DNA of 63,921 nucleotides, filler included, from Octopus bimaculoides (GCF_001194135.2; 7 parts of 5 records of this genome joined end to end with filler, not necessarily neighbours in it); one strand, 5' to 3'; positions 39,541 to 53,369 are shown, counted from the first letter of the whole stretch. Program-made: numbers and translations. Notes: generated by a model not told the origin, from the sequence alone.

Positions 39541-42500
39541 TATATATTTCATTAAAAGATATATAATTAAAAAACTTGTGGAAGGAATATATTTGGTCAT
39601 TTCTAACGAGGGTCATGAATATCTGATAGTTTGGTCGTCTTGAATTAGCATCGAAATCACGCATGCGAGGAAGTACTTCCAGATATTGTATCTTGTATCC
39701 CGTGGCAACTTACATCTTGTTCATAACTACCAATCAATAGATTGTTGATTAGTTTAGTCATAGTTCCTACTGAATCGGGGTCAACTTGGAATAAAGTAAC
39801 AAAATATTTCCGACACAAAATACTAACCATCAATGCTTGGATTTGAAAACTGAGAAGAGAATAAAACCGGTTAACTGAGAGATTTCATTTGAGAGGAATT
39901 CTAAAAATTAACTCTATGGTTACAATTGCTAAGATATGACATGTTGATCTTTGCATCAAGTCCATATCAACCAACGCAAGCTGATAAATTTACATTTCCA
40001 AATTAGATTTCTTTAAAAAAATATATAATTGCAAATAATAAAATGTATTAAAAATTAATTTATTTTTTAAATACCTTTTTTGAAAATTCGGTAGTAATTA
40101 ATTAATTAATAAAAACATAATGCAAGATCGTAGTCGGCTTTGTTGAATCCTCAACATACTGAAATACAATTTCTCTGATGTGACAGATGATTTTTTTTCC
40201 CCACACATATCGAAGCAAGAATTTCTCCTCGTTTACCGAAAGGAATACTGTCAACAAAAATATGATAACGTATTGTAAATATTGTTGTAGTCTTATATTT
40301 CTATGTCAGTTTTAACCAAATAAATGTATGACGCTAATTTTTTTTAACAAAAATAATCAACACCTCATTTTGTTTCAAAGTAAGCTTACGCTATCCGCTA
40401 TATCTTTTTTCTTTTACAGCAAAGGGAGGGAAGTGAAATGGATATATGACATGAATTGAGATGATTAAATTAAAAGTTAATGTAATGAATGATGTAGGTG
40501 AATATTGTTTGATTAAAATTTTCATTTTAGTTGAAAACAAAATCAGAAAATTAAGTGGCACTTTTGAGCAACACTCTAAGGAAATTAAAGTGAATTTCAA
40601 AATACTTCTGAAAATACCTCTGAAATTTATTTATAAAGGAGAAGGTAGTCTTTATTTGCAAGTAAGACGGTGTGGTAAATACGGAAAGAAAAAATTTAAT
40701 AGGTCATTGAAAAAATAGATTATTATGGTAAATTATTTTGTTTATATATTGTAAATTCTTCCTAAATGTTAACAGCATTTTATATGAATGGAGGTGGAGG
40801 CTGGTGGGTGCTACTTTCTCCCCAAAGAATTAAGCATTGCTTATTATCACCTTAATCCAACACATTAGGGGATTATTTCTGTGGTCAAAACTCGAATGGG
40901 TTAAAATTCACTCCCGCCCACATGTCCAGTGGATTAAAGAAAATATGCCTGATGACGTACGCGTTTATGTGAAATATCATCACGCACGAATTAATACAAT
41001 TCAATTAGTATATTGAGAGAATAATTAGTTTCTAAAAACAATTCAATAAAGAATTTCCCCTCACGTAATGCATTTAATTTCCAACTAAAAATGTCGGCAT
41101 TTAATGAAGCATGTTTCTGTATTTTGAGAGCTGAGACGTTTTTGTCTGACTTTACGGTGTTATCGATAACTGTTCGTAGTGAGACACGTTTAGGAATCAT
41201 GAATGTTTGATCAAATCTCTGTGAAAACGATTTAGGCGCGAAGGAACAGAGTTATTTGAGAAATACGACATGAATGAATACCTATATTGCATTATATTAG
41301 TTCATTCTGATATAACGCATAATGCATAATAACCAGATCGCTTTTTCTGAGCCAACGTCGGAGTACCTTAGAGATTGCTCCACTTGTTTGAAATATAAAT
41401 CAAACATTCTTGAACATAAAGCATATTAGTTTAATGACGAATACCTCAGAGTATGTGGAATCTATGAACAATGCTGTTAGGAATTACTTTAAACATATAT
41501 CACTTGAATTAGTATTTATCTGAGCTCAATCGACTATAAGAAGACACAGTATTTGAAACAAAAGTAGACTAAGCATCGTTTGTAATGTAATATTATTAAT
41601 ATTGGGGACAACAAGAATAAGTAAAATTGATACTTCATTCAGAGAGCTACATCTATGGCAAGAATCAACTAATGAGAACTGACGGCGAGTATAATTTAAA
41701 AACATAAATGTATCTACACATTAAAAAGCAAATTTTATGAGTTGACCTTTAGATACAATAATGTAGGTAAGGTATCTGTCTTATTTAATCATGCACCGGC
41801 TTCAAATCGGTACTTCAAATTTACCTACCACATTATGTTTTTTAGATACGAACTTTCAAAATTTCACAAGTCTATGCATATGAAATTCATATGGTATTTA
41901 AACGAAATTTGCATAGTATAATGACTGATATAGTCATTTTATAGTATAGTCCTCATCTGATATATTAGCTGGTATAGACGTTTCATTTTATCTATCTCAC
42001 GGAATAAGCAGGCTGTTTTCACCTGCATATAGATAATATTTATTTATGGAAACTGAGTATATTTTACAATTATTTTTTTACGATCAACATATACAGCACA
42101 AACGTAGTTTTCATGCACTTTTCAGTTAAGAAGAAAAAGAAAAACCAACAATAAACTACCAATGAAATATCACAAGTAATACAAGACAATATATTTTAGG
42201 CAAAATGCATCGACCGACCAACAAATATCAAGTTTATGATAGTTAAACGCCGGAAGATTTGAAACAACATGAAAATAATAATGATTTGCTAACGCATTCG
42301 TTAAAGAGATCTACTGTTATTCTCTTTGTATTCACCCATTCCAGTTATTGGGTTTCCGAAGCTTTTGTGCAAAGATGGAAAGATTGCTTTTGCATTTTTC
42401 TCTCTCTTATTGTCTAGTTCAAATGGTCTTTTAGAAAATCCACATTAATAGAAATAAATCTAGTTATATAACTTCTTGAAGGGAAAATCAACTTATTCAA

Positions 42501-44398
42501 CAGTTACCAGAGTCCTGAAGCCGTTGCATTCCAAATACTGCGCTGACACCCAACATTTTCCTTCCGAAATTTAAATTTTATGAATACATTAGTTTGAATG
42601 GAAGATGTCATTTTCCAATTCATCAAAAACACCCCTTATTAATTTCTGTAAATACAAAACATAAAATCTTCCACATTTATATTTGAATGATATCAAGTGT
42701 ATCTACGTCTCATTGAGCAAATTGTTCTACAAAACAATTTTCAATATGAAGTGAGGCGAACAAGATATTGTCTTGTTTTACTAGATGTTACTTTTANNNN
42801 NNNNNNNNNNNNNNNNNNNNNNNNNNNNNNNNNNNNNNNNNNNNNNNNNNNNNNNNNNNNNNNNNNNNNNNNNNNNNNNNNNNNNNNNNNNNNNNNNNNN
42901 NNNNNNNNNNNNNNNNNNNNNNNNNNNNNNNNNNNNNNNNNNNNNNNNNNNNNNNNNNNNNNNNNNNNNNNNNNNNNNNNNNNNNNNNATATGAAGTGAG
43001 GCGAACAAGATATTGTCTTGTTTTACTAGATGTTACTTTTAACATTCTGAATTCCATCATCGAACAACTTTTCTCTCCAGCCATTGTCTTCTTATCTCAT
43101 TATTGTTTCAAACATCAAAACAAGTGCATATATTATAACCGCCGTTTGTCAAACAATATGAAAATATCTTAGAAACATCTATATCTTTCTTTTCAAGGTA
43201 TTTGAAGGTTTTATTGTATAGTATATTCATCTTTTCGTTCTTTACTTTTAGCAGCGCAGATTCACGAAATTGCACATAAAAAAGACTTTTCCATACCTAA
43301 ACAAAACAGACTTTAACCCGGCCTTTGAACTGTCAATGAAAGGTCGTAATTTGTTATTCAATATGATGACAAACTGACATCACAATGAATTTTGCAAATC
43401 ATTAACAGCATGTCAGTCAACACTTAAACTTGCATACTAAAGTGATGCAATATATGTCCATATGAATGAAAGTTAAAAATCCATATTACTCTCGGAGCAA
43501 GAAGCTTTCATTTATATTTAGTCTGGAATACAATAACTGTATTGAGATTTTAAAAGAAGTAAATTGCAAATCAAGTCTTTTGGATGAAAGGTGTGGACTC
43601 GTCTTCATCAGCTGGTGATGCGTAAGTTACATACTAATTGCCTCACCATTATGTGTTGTATTCAGGTGTATTAGTGCAGCTAACTTATTAAATTCAAGAG
43701 AAGACACAGCGAGAACCACGTTGCATAGCTGAAAGTAGTTTTCGATAATCTAACTTAGTTTTGGTGGGTGACATATAGGTAAATAAATAGACTAACCATA
43801 CAAAATTATAAATTTTAAATATGGTTTCTCCAAAGATCATTAATGTCGTTTAATAGCTACAAAATATAACTAGCAGTCATGGTTTGCCTTGATTACCCAA
43901 TTACATCTAAGAAAACATTCATCAGCTTTTCTCCGTTGTACAGTCCTACGTTTCAATATATTCTCTTCTTTGTTGTGGTAGAAATCTATTAATATAAAAT
44001 AATATATCTGAAGAGTATTTGCAAGTATTCTATTTCTATTTGATCGGAAATTAAAGTTAGTAACGAGACACACTTCTGCCGTAAAGCACTTACTTTTTGT
44101 CGTGTCAGAGTAGTCGAAAACACATCCAACTAAATATGAAACAAATTCGGATGCGCTGACGAAATTTATGATTTCTTGTGAATGTAGTTACAGAAACACA
44201 GATACACAGATATATGCGTGTGTGTATGTGTGTGACATTCGAAATTTTGTATTAAGTGTTTGTATGCTCCTGATTGAATAGACTATCTACTATATGAAGA
44301 GTAATGAATCATAATTGTATTTCTTGACCCTTGCAGAGAATCAAATTCTAGATGTGAGAATGTTTTGATTTTAAAATTATTAGTTTTGCCTCCTTAAT

Positions 44399-44453
44399 AT
44401 GCTATCTAATGCTATCTAATGCTATCTAATGCTATCTAATGCTATCTAATGCT
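44399..44453. repeat. 10-bp tandem repeat (ATGCTATCTA) x ~5.5
   Basis: Visible directly. Confidence 0.95.
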
Positions 44454-45214
44454 GTTTGAATATCTGATACTTTTTGTTTGTGGTTTTAAATATTTGCATT
44501 TATCAAACTTTACATCAGCATCAAAACTTTTAGCGGTGTAAATGGTGTCTTACAAATAGAACCGAGCAACATTGCATCTAACATATTCAAAAATGTCTTA
44601 CATTATTTTCTTTAAATCAGATACATAACAATCACTGTACTTTCCAAGTGTATTTTTTTGAGAGAAAATAATTGTGTATGTCATCTTCCAAAGAGATCAA
44701 TGTTTTATACAGCTTATAAATTTTTTGACGAGAAGTTTACGGTTGAATTAGAAATGGAAAATATTTAATCCTCATTGGCAACAGAACAAAAAATCTGTTA
44801 CGACTTAAGAGGGAGTAAGAGGGAGAGAAAGAGAGAATGAGAGGGAGTGAGTGTATGTGCGTGTGTGTGACAGAGAGACAGAGATGTCCCTTATGACAAG
44901 AAAATGAAATATCTCTGTGGTGATTTTAATTAATCCGCTGATACAAAATACAATAGTACACAACATCCTTAAATCAAACAAGCATATCTTTTTATGGTTT
45001 CGGTGATGAATATTCTAGCGTTCAATTAGCTGGACTTCCTACAAACTGAATAACAATGGAAAGAGATAACTTCACTCAATGCGCATGCGCTCTTCACACC
45101 AAACTTAGCCACAGTCATCGTGATCCAGTGTATGGCTATAGTGGAACATTCGTTTAAATCAGAGTAAACCTGAAGGGTTCTCAAGCAGTTTGTGTCTTCT
45201 TAATTGTTTTTCTC

Positions 45215-45620
45215 AGACGCAGGTGTGAATGTATGGCAAGTAGCTTGCTTCCCAGTTGAATGGTCCCGGGTCCATTCCCACAGCGTGGCACCTTGGGCAA
45301 GCGTCTCTTACTATAGCCTCGGGCGACCAAAGCCTTGTGAGTGGATTGGGTAGACGGAAACTGAAAGAAGCCCATCCTATATACATATACATATATGTGT
45401 ATGTGTGTATCTATGTCTGGGTGCGTGTGTCATTCTGTCTGTGTTTACATCTCCGTAACTTAGCGGTTCGAGGAAAACAGACCGAGAAAATAAGTACCAG
45501 GCTTAAAATAGAAGGACTGGGGTCGATTCATTCATTCGACTAAAAACATTCAAGGCGGTGCCCCAGCATGGCCGTAGTATAATGACTGAAGCAAGTAAAA
45601 AATAAGAGATAAAAGATAAA
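45215..45620 (+). mobile_element. SINE type A, full length, diverged
   Basis: Head, CORE-like ccttgggcaag, ggtagacggaaactgaaagaagccc, internal TA/TG tract and tail are all present. Confidence 0.9.
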
Positions 45621-45834
45621 CGAATGTTTGAGTGGTGCAGAGGCCGAGGTTAACCTCCGGTGATCACATATTCACAACGCCAACAGTGTTATTTGTCCAT
45701 GTGCCTGATGATTCCGATGCGAACTTTTTTTACCAGACTCTCATGCATCCATTCAGCGCCCACACAATTCAAGCACAACACACCCACCCACGCATACAGA
45801 GAATTGCATACAAGCCGACACCTTCAAATATGTA

Positions 45835-46009
45835 CAGCAATCCCTCGCCATATCGGGGTTCACTTATCACAGTTCAAATATTGCGGTCTATTATTTACGC
45901 TTATGCCGATACCTCCGTGGTGTTGTTTTGCATCTAAAATAAAATAACTATATACAAATTATAAAAATAATAAAGATAATATATACAGTACGGTTTCTAC
46001 TTCACGGAT

Positions 46010-46015
<6 letters not shown>
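45835..46015 (+). mobile_element. Tc1/mariner-pogo (Tigger-like) MITE remnant
   Basis: TA followed by cagcaatccctcgccatatcggggttcacttatcacagtt resembles pogo/Tigger-type termini; ctacttcacggattttc resembles the sub-terminal motif. The right TIR is lost in (TA)n. Confidence 0.55.
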
Positions 46016-46060
<45 letters not shown>

Positions 46061-46825
46061 ACCATGTGTAAATAGAGGAGGCAATACGTTTATGGTCATC
46101 AACCGAGTGCATTTGACAATATTGAAGGTTTCATGTCAATAATGTTTACTATGAAATTCGGTTGCTTCGTGCTTCTACGAAAGAATTTCTATCAGATTGT
46201 GCATTTGTATTGAGCCAAGTATTTAGTATCTAACTCTCGTCAGCTTTATAGTTACAGTAACAAAGAGATGTTATAGTAATTGTTGAAAAGTCTGTTTGAA
46301 GAAACGACTCGTAAATGGGTTGCAAGTATTAGCAAGAGGTATTTTGTCGCCAATAACATGGCACTATAGATATGTTATCTACAATATTTGCCGGTAACAG
46401 TTCTATCGTCACATATATGCCAGTTTCACACTTTAACTTTTTCAATCATCAACAACTGTTTATTATTAAAGTAAATTTTCTCCTTGTAACGAAAGCCAAA
46501 TATATAATAAGAAATATCGATTATATTGACAATTCTGAAATTACACAATATTGTCGGTGATAGCAGAGCCTAAAATTTTCCAAAGATTGAGTGCTTTAGT
46601 TGAGGTTTATGATTACATAACATGTATTGTTTTGTGCGTGTGCCATTAGACTACAGCGGTTAATAGAGACTAAGATGATAAAACTTTACTGAAGGACGTG
46701 CAGGTTTAATATGGTCTTGATTTCTTTCTGTGAATAATGCTTGTTCGTCGAAATTCAAGGGAGAATAAAGAGTAACATCACTAGGACAAATGTGATTCTT
46801 ATACTTTCTTTCAGTTAGAAATTCG

Positions 46826-47030
46826 TGGCACTCCGTCGGTTACGACGAAGAGGGTTGCAATTAATCCGATCAACGGTACAGCCTGCTCATGAAATTAACG
46901 TGCAAGTGGCTGAGCACTCTACAGACACGTGTAGCCTTAACGAAGTTCTCGGGGAGATTCAGCATGACACAGGCTATCACAAGGAAGAGTGAGAGAAATT
47001 TGTGGTGAAAGAGTACAACAGGGTTTACCC
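46826..47030 (-). mobile_element. SINE 3' portion: type D body plus tail Y
   Basis: Reverse complement aaccctgttgtactctttcaccacaaatttct matches 63890-63921; tgtcatgctgaatctccccgagaacttcgttaagg matches the tail of the type C copy at 8378. Confidence 0.8.
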
Positions 47031-47274
47031 CTCCAAAATAATGAAAGTGAAACCACATGAGTGATATACAAGCATTCCAAACTAACGGGTATGTCTGCGA
47101 CATTGTGCCATATAGGGTACAGCAAAAACATTTTCTTTAGGGTTTTTCTATGTAACGATATAGAGAAATTATAGATAATTCTTTCTAGTATAAGCAAATG
47201 GTCCGAAAAACGAAGAAAAACATGAACACCTGTACACAAGGGGTACACATTTTATCGACCACGGAAGTATTTCT

Positions 47275-47343
47275 TGGTATTGATACATCGATTAGAAGCA
47301 TTTCTTCTTGACGATCTTTGACAAATATATCCAGTCTGTTATT
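47275..47343 (-). mobile_element. Tiny R4/Dong-type restriction-like endonuclease fragment
   Basis: NNRLDIFVKDRQEEMLLIDVSIP matches the RLE signature NRPDI...LLIDVSIP (PD..D motif). Confidence 0.65.
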
Positions 47344-47672
47344 ACCTCCACCTTCGCGAAGGCGGAGGTATTGTTTTTCAGTGGAGTTTGTTTGTTTGTT
47401 TGTTTGTTTGTCCGTGGACAAGATATATCGAGAACCGTTGGATGGATTCGGATGAAATTTTCAGAGAGGTTTGGCTTCGTGTCAAGGATCCTGGATTATA
47501 TTTCCTGTGTTGTTTTACTTAATTTTTGAGAGCGGTCGGGTTCTTTATCAGTTTTTTCGTTTGTGAGAGCAGTCGAATTTATTTCATATATTCTCATTTT
47601 AAAAATCATTTTTAGTTCATCGTTCAGAGGCCGTTTATGTTGCCTTGGTGGAGGTTTGCGCTCTCGATATTG

Positions 47673-47675
<3 letters not shown>
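47340..47675 (+). mobile_element. Non-autonomous Helentron-type (HINE/DINE-1-like) element
   Basis: 5' palindrome tacctccaccttcg/cgaaggcggaggta, internal (GTTT)n, ggatggattcggatgaaattt body, 3' subTIR ccttggtggaggt (47643-47655), then gcgctctc. Confidence 0.75.
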
Positions 47676-47761
<86 letters not shown>

Positions 47762-48177
47762 NNNNNNNNNNNNNNNNNNNNNNNNNNNNNNNNNNNNNNN
47801 NNNNNTTAATTAATTAANNNNNNNNNNNNNNNNNNNNNNNNNNNNNNNNNNNNNNNNNNNNAGAGTCTTACAGCTGTTTCTGGGAAGATCCAGTACTTCC
47901 CTTGATCGGAGACAGAAAAAATAAAGTAATCTATTATTATATCCATAGGCGGATATTTTTTAGTATGAAGTGGTAAAGAGTGTGATGTGCTGAAAAAAGA
48001 GAGAACAATACTTGAAGTGTAGTTTCATTCCAGTGGTAAATATCCGTGTAGAAATCCGTGCAAAGTAATCCATGTGTGGAAAATCCGGAAATTTATGTTG
48101 GAGCGAAAGTTGATATAGCATAGATAGCAGAGGTACATATATTCCACATTGCGATGGATTTTTGCTTGTTTACTTGA

Positions 48178-48213
48178 AGAATGGCCAAGTCAAGTGCTTG
48201 ACTTGGCCATTCT
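48178..48213. repeat. Perfect palindrome, 17-bp arms, 2-nt centre
   Basis: agaatggccaagtcaag-tg-cttgacttggccattct. Confidence 0.9.
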
Positions 48214-48244
48214 AACCACTCTTCTTGAATAGTACCCCAGACTT

Positions 48245-48320
48245 AACCACTGGGGTTGATTTGTTCGACTAAACTTTTTCCTGGTGGTGCTCCAGCATGA
48301 CCGCAGTCCAAACAAGATAA
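48245..48320 (+). mobile_element. SINE type A 3' tail fragment
   Basis: ctggggttgatttgttcgactaaa...ggtgctccagcatgaccgcagtc. Confidence 0.7.
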
Positions 48321-48579
48321 AATTATGAGGTCATTCATATTTTGCACCAGTACATGGAGAAACTAGAAACTGTACCGGTCGATGAGTGCAGAGCGCCACC
48401 TGACTTCATAGCAACAAGTTAAGCGTCATCTTAACGGTTCGTTTCCCAACATCAAGTGACTCCTGTCTTGGTTTCACCATTTGACCTCGTTCCATCCAAC
48501 CCAGCATCATGAAGTCTAAATTCACTATAACAACAGTAGCAGATTACTACCACTACTAACAAGCTGTTGCTGCTGCTGT

Positions 48580-48641
<62 letters not shown>

Positions 48642-49705
48642 TTTTTCTGGTTGGGTGCCACCTTTCAATTTCTTCAACTTTGTTCCGATTGATTTTATAT
48701 TTGGTGTATTAGTGTAATTTTGTATGTTAATTATTGATATGAAATTCATATTCGCCATAAATCAATAAATAGTTTGCAAATTTAGGGTAATTTTAGCCAA
48801 TCGAAAGCCACAGACATATTCCCGCGTGTAGAATACAAATTCGCAAGCATTTTCTGAAAATTCTCCGAATTAAAAAAAGTTATGAGAGGTTGTACGGTGT
48901 GCGTAAAGCAGAATTCCGTCAGTATTTTATTTGTTTAGTTTGATATTAAAATACGTGCTACTGTCACAACGTTGAGGACGCGTGCAATCATACACAAAAA
49001 GAACCGAAATAGGTGAACAGCGCTAGGTGAACTGAAATATAAAGAGAGATTAATTTAATACACACATCTTCGTTCATTCTTGTTTAGTACTCTCCATCCC
49101 CCCTCTCTCTCTCTTGCACACACATTCTTTGATAAACGTGTATTTGAAATGAACATTGGCGTCTCATACGTCTTCTTTCTTCCCTTTCCACGGTTGATAT
49201 ACTCTTGTCAACTACACACACTTACCATGAAGTTATATCAATACACTTTCACCAATCATATACATACGCACATACATACATTTCATTTCTTCGGCCATTT
49301 CGTCCCTGATTTTGACAACTCTTAAAAAAGCAGTTTTGTATTTAACCCCATTTTCGTCACCGATTTGCTATCTCTACAGTTAATACGTGATTTCAGCCGC
49401 CCTCCTCCTTCTCGTTAGCATCATCAACGTCGTCATCGTTGCTGTTATCAATTTTGTGTGCACACGCACATGTAAGCACGCCTCAACGTTTCTTTTCATT
49501 TTCTTTTTCATTGTGAAGGACGAATGTCCGAAACATCAGACAGTTTTTCCTCCTTTTAAACAACATTCAACCAATACTTTATTATTGTTCAGTCTACATA
49601 GTTCTTTTCGAGCTGTTCTTTCACACATACTCGAGCACAGACTCACACTCACGCATACTAATAACTCTACACTAACACAGAAACAAACATGCTGACACAA
49701 ACAAA

Positions 49706-50103
49706 AGCGCAAGCGTGGCTGTGTGGTAAGAAGCTTGCTTTTCAACCACTCAGTCCCACTGCGTGGCACTCTGGGCAAATGTCTTCTACTATAGCCTCGA
49801 GCCAACCAAAGCCCTGTGAGTGGATTTGGTAGACGGAAACTGAAAGGAGCCCGTCGTACGCACGCACACACACACACACACACACACATGTATGTGTGTG
49901 TGCTTGTACCCCTCCATTGCTTGACAACCGATATTGGTGTGTTTACGTCCCCGTAAGTTAGCGGTTCGGCAAGAGATGCCAACAGAATAAGTATTAGGCT
50001 TACAAAGCATAAGTTCTGGGGTCGAATTGTTCGACTAAAGGCGGTGCTCCGGCATGGCCGCAGTCAAATGACTAAAACAAGTAAAAGATAAGAGATAAAA
50101 GAT
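49706..50103 (+). mobile_element. SINE type A, full length
   Basis: All modules present; internal (CA)/(TG) tract; tail gtaaaagataagagataaaagat. Confidence 0.92.
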
Positions 50104-50385
50104 ACATTTAAATTCAGTAAGTTTGCATCTGTATACGCATTTTGCTTTTGTACATGAAATTCATACAAGTACAATGAGTTTGAGAGTGTTTGTGGCATTT
50201 GTGTGTGTGTGTGTGTGTGTGTGTTTACGTTATCGTAATTCTAAAACGTATGCGTGTAAGGTTTCTTTCTCATGGTGGTATGTATGGTTGTATACACGTG
50301 TGTACGTCTGTGTGCTCGTTTTGTTTTTTTATTGGAGGTATGACTAATTGAGTGGGTTGGAAATCATACATTAACGATGGGCACA

Positions 50386-50450
<65 letters not shown>

Positions 50451-50895
50451 GTGTATATACACACTCACACATATACACGCACATATGCACACACACACAT
50501 ACAGGCATACATACATAATTATATATATTTATACGTGATTAAAAATACATATATAATTATATATATATAGAAATTATATATATGTAGAAAGCATAAAAAC
50601 AAACCCCAAGGCTTGTATATGTGTGTTTGTGTATATGTGTGTTTGTATGCATATGTCTGTGTGTGTATGAGAGAGTGAGATAAAGAGTGTGAAAAATATT
50701 GAGAGATTGTGTATGTATGCCTGTGTGTATGTGTGTGTGTGTGTGTGTGTGCGATTGTATAACTAAAGTATTTAGTATACTCGTCGAAAACATTAATGTT
50801 GTGTGAACGTGTTCAGGCTTACTGTAAACATTAGTAAAAACCAATGATTGTTGATATACAGGAACATATATATACATGTTTATAAGTGCAGGGGA

Positions 50896-50944
<49 letters not shown>

Positions 50945-51233
50945 GCTGAGTATCCCGTTGTTACCGGGTAATTTTCACAACAGAATGCTTTGGAATGGTA
51001 CACCCACCTAAGTTAGATTTTCTCCGTTTTGACGGGGACTTTTCAATTTATCTTTTTATCACACCCTTGGAAATGATGGGAGAAGCATTTTATGAAAAAA
51101 AAAGTTTGAAAATGTATGAATCTACCCCCCCTTNNNNNNNNNNNNNNNNNNNNNNNNNNNNNNNNNNNNNNNNNNNNTTAATTAATTAANNNNNNNNNNN
51201 NNNNNNNNNNNNNNNNNNNNNNNNNNNNNNNNN

Positions 51234-53369
51234 CACAGCTATCCTCATCTATTCTTGCCACATGTCCATACCAGCGCAATCGTTTCTCTTGCACAACACA
51301 ACTGATGTTTCTTAGGTCTAACATTTCTCTCAAGGTACTTACACTCTGTCGAGTATGCACACTAACATTACACATCCATCGGAGCATACTGGCTTCATTC
51401 CTTGCGAGCTGACGCATGTCCTCAGCAGTCATGGCCCATGTTTCACTGCCATGTAGCATGGCTGTTCGTACACATGCGTCATGCAGTCTGCATTTTACTC
51501 TGGGTGAGAGGCCCTTTGTCACCAGCTGAGGTAAGAGCTCTCTAAACTTTGTCAAGGCTATTCTTATTCTAGCGGCTACACTTTCAGCGCACCCTCCCCC
51601 GCTACAAACTTGGTCGCCTAGGTAGCGGAAGCTATCAACTACTTCTAGTTTTTCTCCCTGGAGCGTGGCAAAAGTTGTTTTCTGCACAGTTTCAGTGTTT
51701 ATTGCTCCTGAGCATCTGCCACATATAAAACTCTCTTGCTGGTTAGCCTTCCTTTGATATTGCTGCACTTCTTATGTGTCCATAGCTTGCACTGAGTACA
51801 TCTTACAGAGTTTCTACCTACGCCTTTTCTACAGGTCGAGCAGGGCCATTTACCTGAAGGAGTTTGTGTTTTGTCTACCTTCCTACTTATTAGGACTTTG
51901 GTTTTAGCTAAGTTGACTCTAAGGCCCTTCGATTCTAGTCCTTTCTTCCACATTTGAAACTTCTCCTCTAGTTCTGATAGTGACTCAGCAATTAGAGCAA
52001 GGTCATCAGCACAGAGGAGCTCCCAGGGGCATCCTGTCTTGAATTCCTGTGTTATTGCTAGGAGGACTATGATAAATATGAGGGGGCTGAGGACTGAACC
52101 TTGGTGGACCCCTACCTCTACCCGGAATTCTTCACTGTACTCGTTGCCAACCTTCACCTTACTGATAGCGTCACTGTACATGGCTTGCACTGCTCTCACT
52201 AACCACTTATCTATCCCTAGTTTCCTCATTGTCCACCAGATAAGGGAGCGGGGGACCCTGTCAAAGGCTTTCTCCATGTCAACGAAAGCCAGATACAGGG
52301 GTTTATCTTCGGTTAGGTATTTCTCCTGCAGCTGTCTTACCAGAAATATAGCATCAGTGGTGCTTTTCCCTGGAACGAATCCAAACTGCATCTAATCTAA
52401 ACTGACTCTCTCCCTAATTTGCTGGGCTGTGACCCTCTCGGTGACCTTCATTACTTGGTCCAACAACTTGATACCTCTGTAGTTGTTTGTGTCTAAATCG
52501 TCACCTTTACCTTTGGTGCAGTTGACTATGGTGCTGCTACACCAGTCATTGGGTATGACTCCTTTGTGTATCACCTGATTAACTATACGGGTGACTAGGC
52601 TATAGCCAACACTGCCAGATATTTTGAGCATCTCTGCAGTGATTCCTGATGGGCCGGGGGCTTTCCCTGTCTTGATACTCTTGCTCGCTTTATCTACCAA
52701 GGTACTGTCAATCAGGATAGCTGTTGGGTCGACATGCGGCAGACTCTCTTCCACCCAATCATTCTCTTTATTAAGCAGCCTTTCATAGTGGCGTCTTTAA
52801 ACCTCTCTCTTTGCAGCCTCGTTTAGTGCAAGTGAGCCATCATCCATGTGGGCATATTTATCTCCTACGACATCACGATTCTCTCTCACACACAGTCTTG
52901 CAACACGAAATACTTCAAGTCTTTGGTCCTCACGGCGCAGAACATTGGCAAATTTTTTCTTATCTGCTTCCCCTCTGGCTAAGTAAACCTTTCTCTTAGC
53001 TTCCCTTTTGGCAGTCTGATACAATTCCCTGCTACCTACGTTCTTCCAGTCCTTCCAAGCCTGTTTCTTTTGTCTAATAGCCCTGTCAACCACATTGTTC
53101 CACCACCACGTTACTTTGTGTCGAGAGAGGACTCTGCACCATCCACAGATCTGGTCGGTGGCTCTCAGCAGGTTGTCCCATAGGAACCTCTAATTGTCTT
53201 CCACGTTGTGTGATGCTATATCCCCTTCTATTTCGTCAAATGCTTCGAGTAAGACATTTCTAAATCTCTGTCCATTTGCAGGATCTTTAAGCTTCCAGAT
53301 CCTTCTCCTCCAAGCTGGTCTACTTCTGGGCATGCATTTAGCCTTGATCCCGAAGTCGCTAACTACTAA
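51234..53369 (-). mobile_element. RTE-clade LINE ORF2 (tether, RT, C-terminal part), inactivated; both ends lost in gaps
   Basis: KAPGPSGITAEMLK, NYRGIKLL, QFGFVPGKSTTDAIF, AFVDMEKAFDRVPR, GVHQGSVLSPL, LLCADDLAL, VNLAKTK, VVDSFRYLG, RLRWYGHVAR. YADD is changed to CADD (52002-52013); in-frame stop at 52392-52394; several frameshifts. Confidence 0.95.

Noticed and set aside
42744-43040. ~52-bp direct repeat flanking a gap (also 59216-59283)
   Set aside because: Identical sequence on both sides of an N-run indicates an unmerged contig overlap.
44399-44453. Regular short repeats as a possible CRISPR array (also 56401-56440)
   Set aside because: Head-to-tail tandem units with no unique spacers, in a eukaryotic context with no cas genes.
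49380-49472. Plus-strand exon-like segment (ctacag|...|gtaagc)
   Set aside because: All three frames from the first acceptor contain stops; the alternative acceptor gives only a low-complexity peptide.
50940-51133. Helitron/HINE-like 5' end (gagtatcccgttgttaccgggt)
   Set aside because: Only a short hairpin resemblance, and the other end is lost in a gap.
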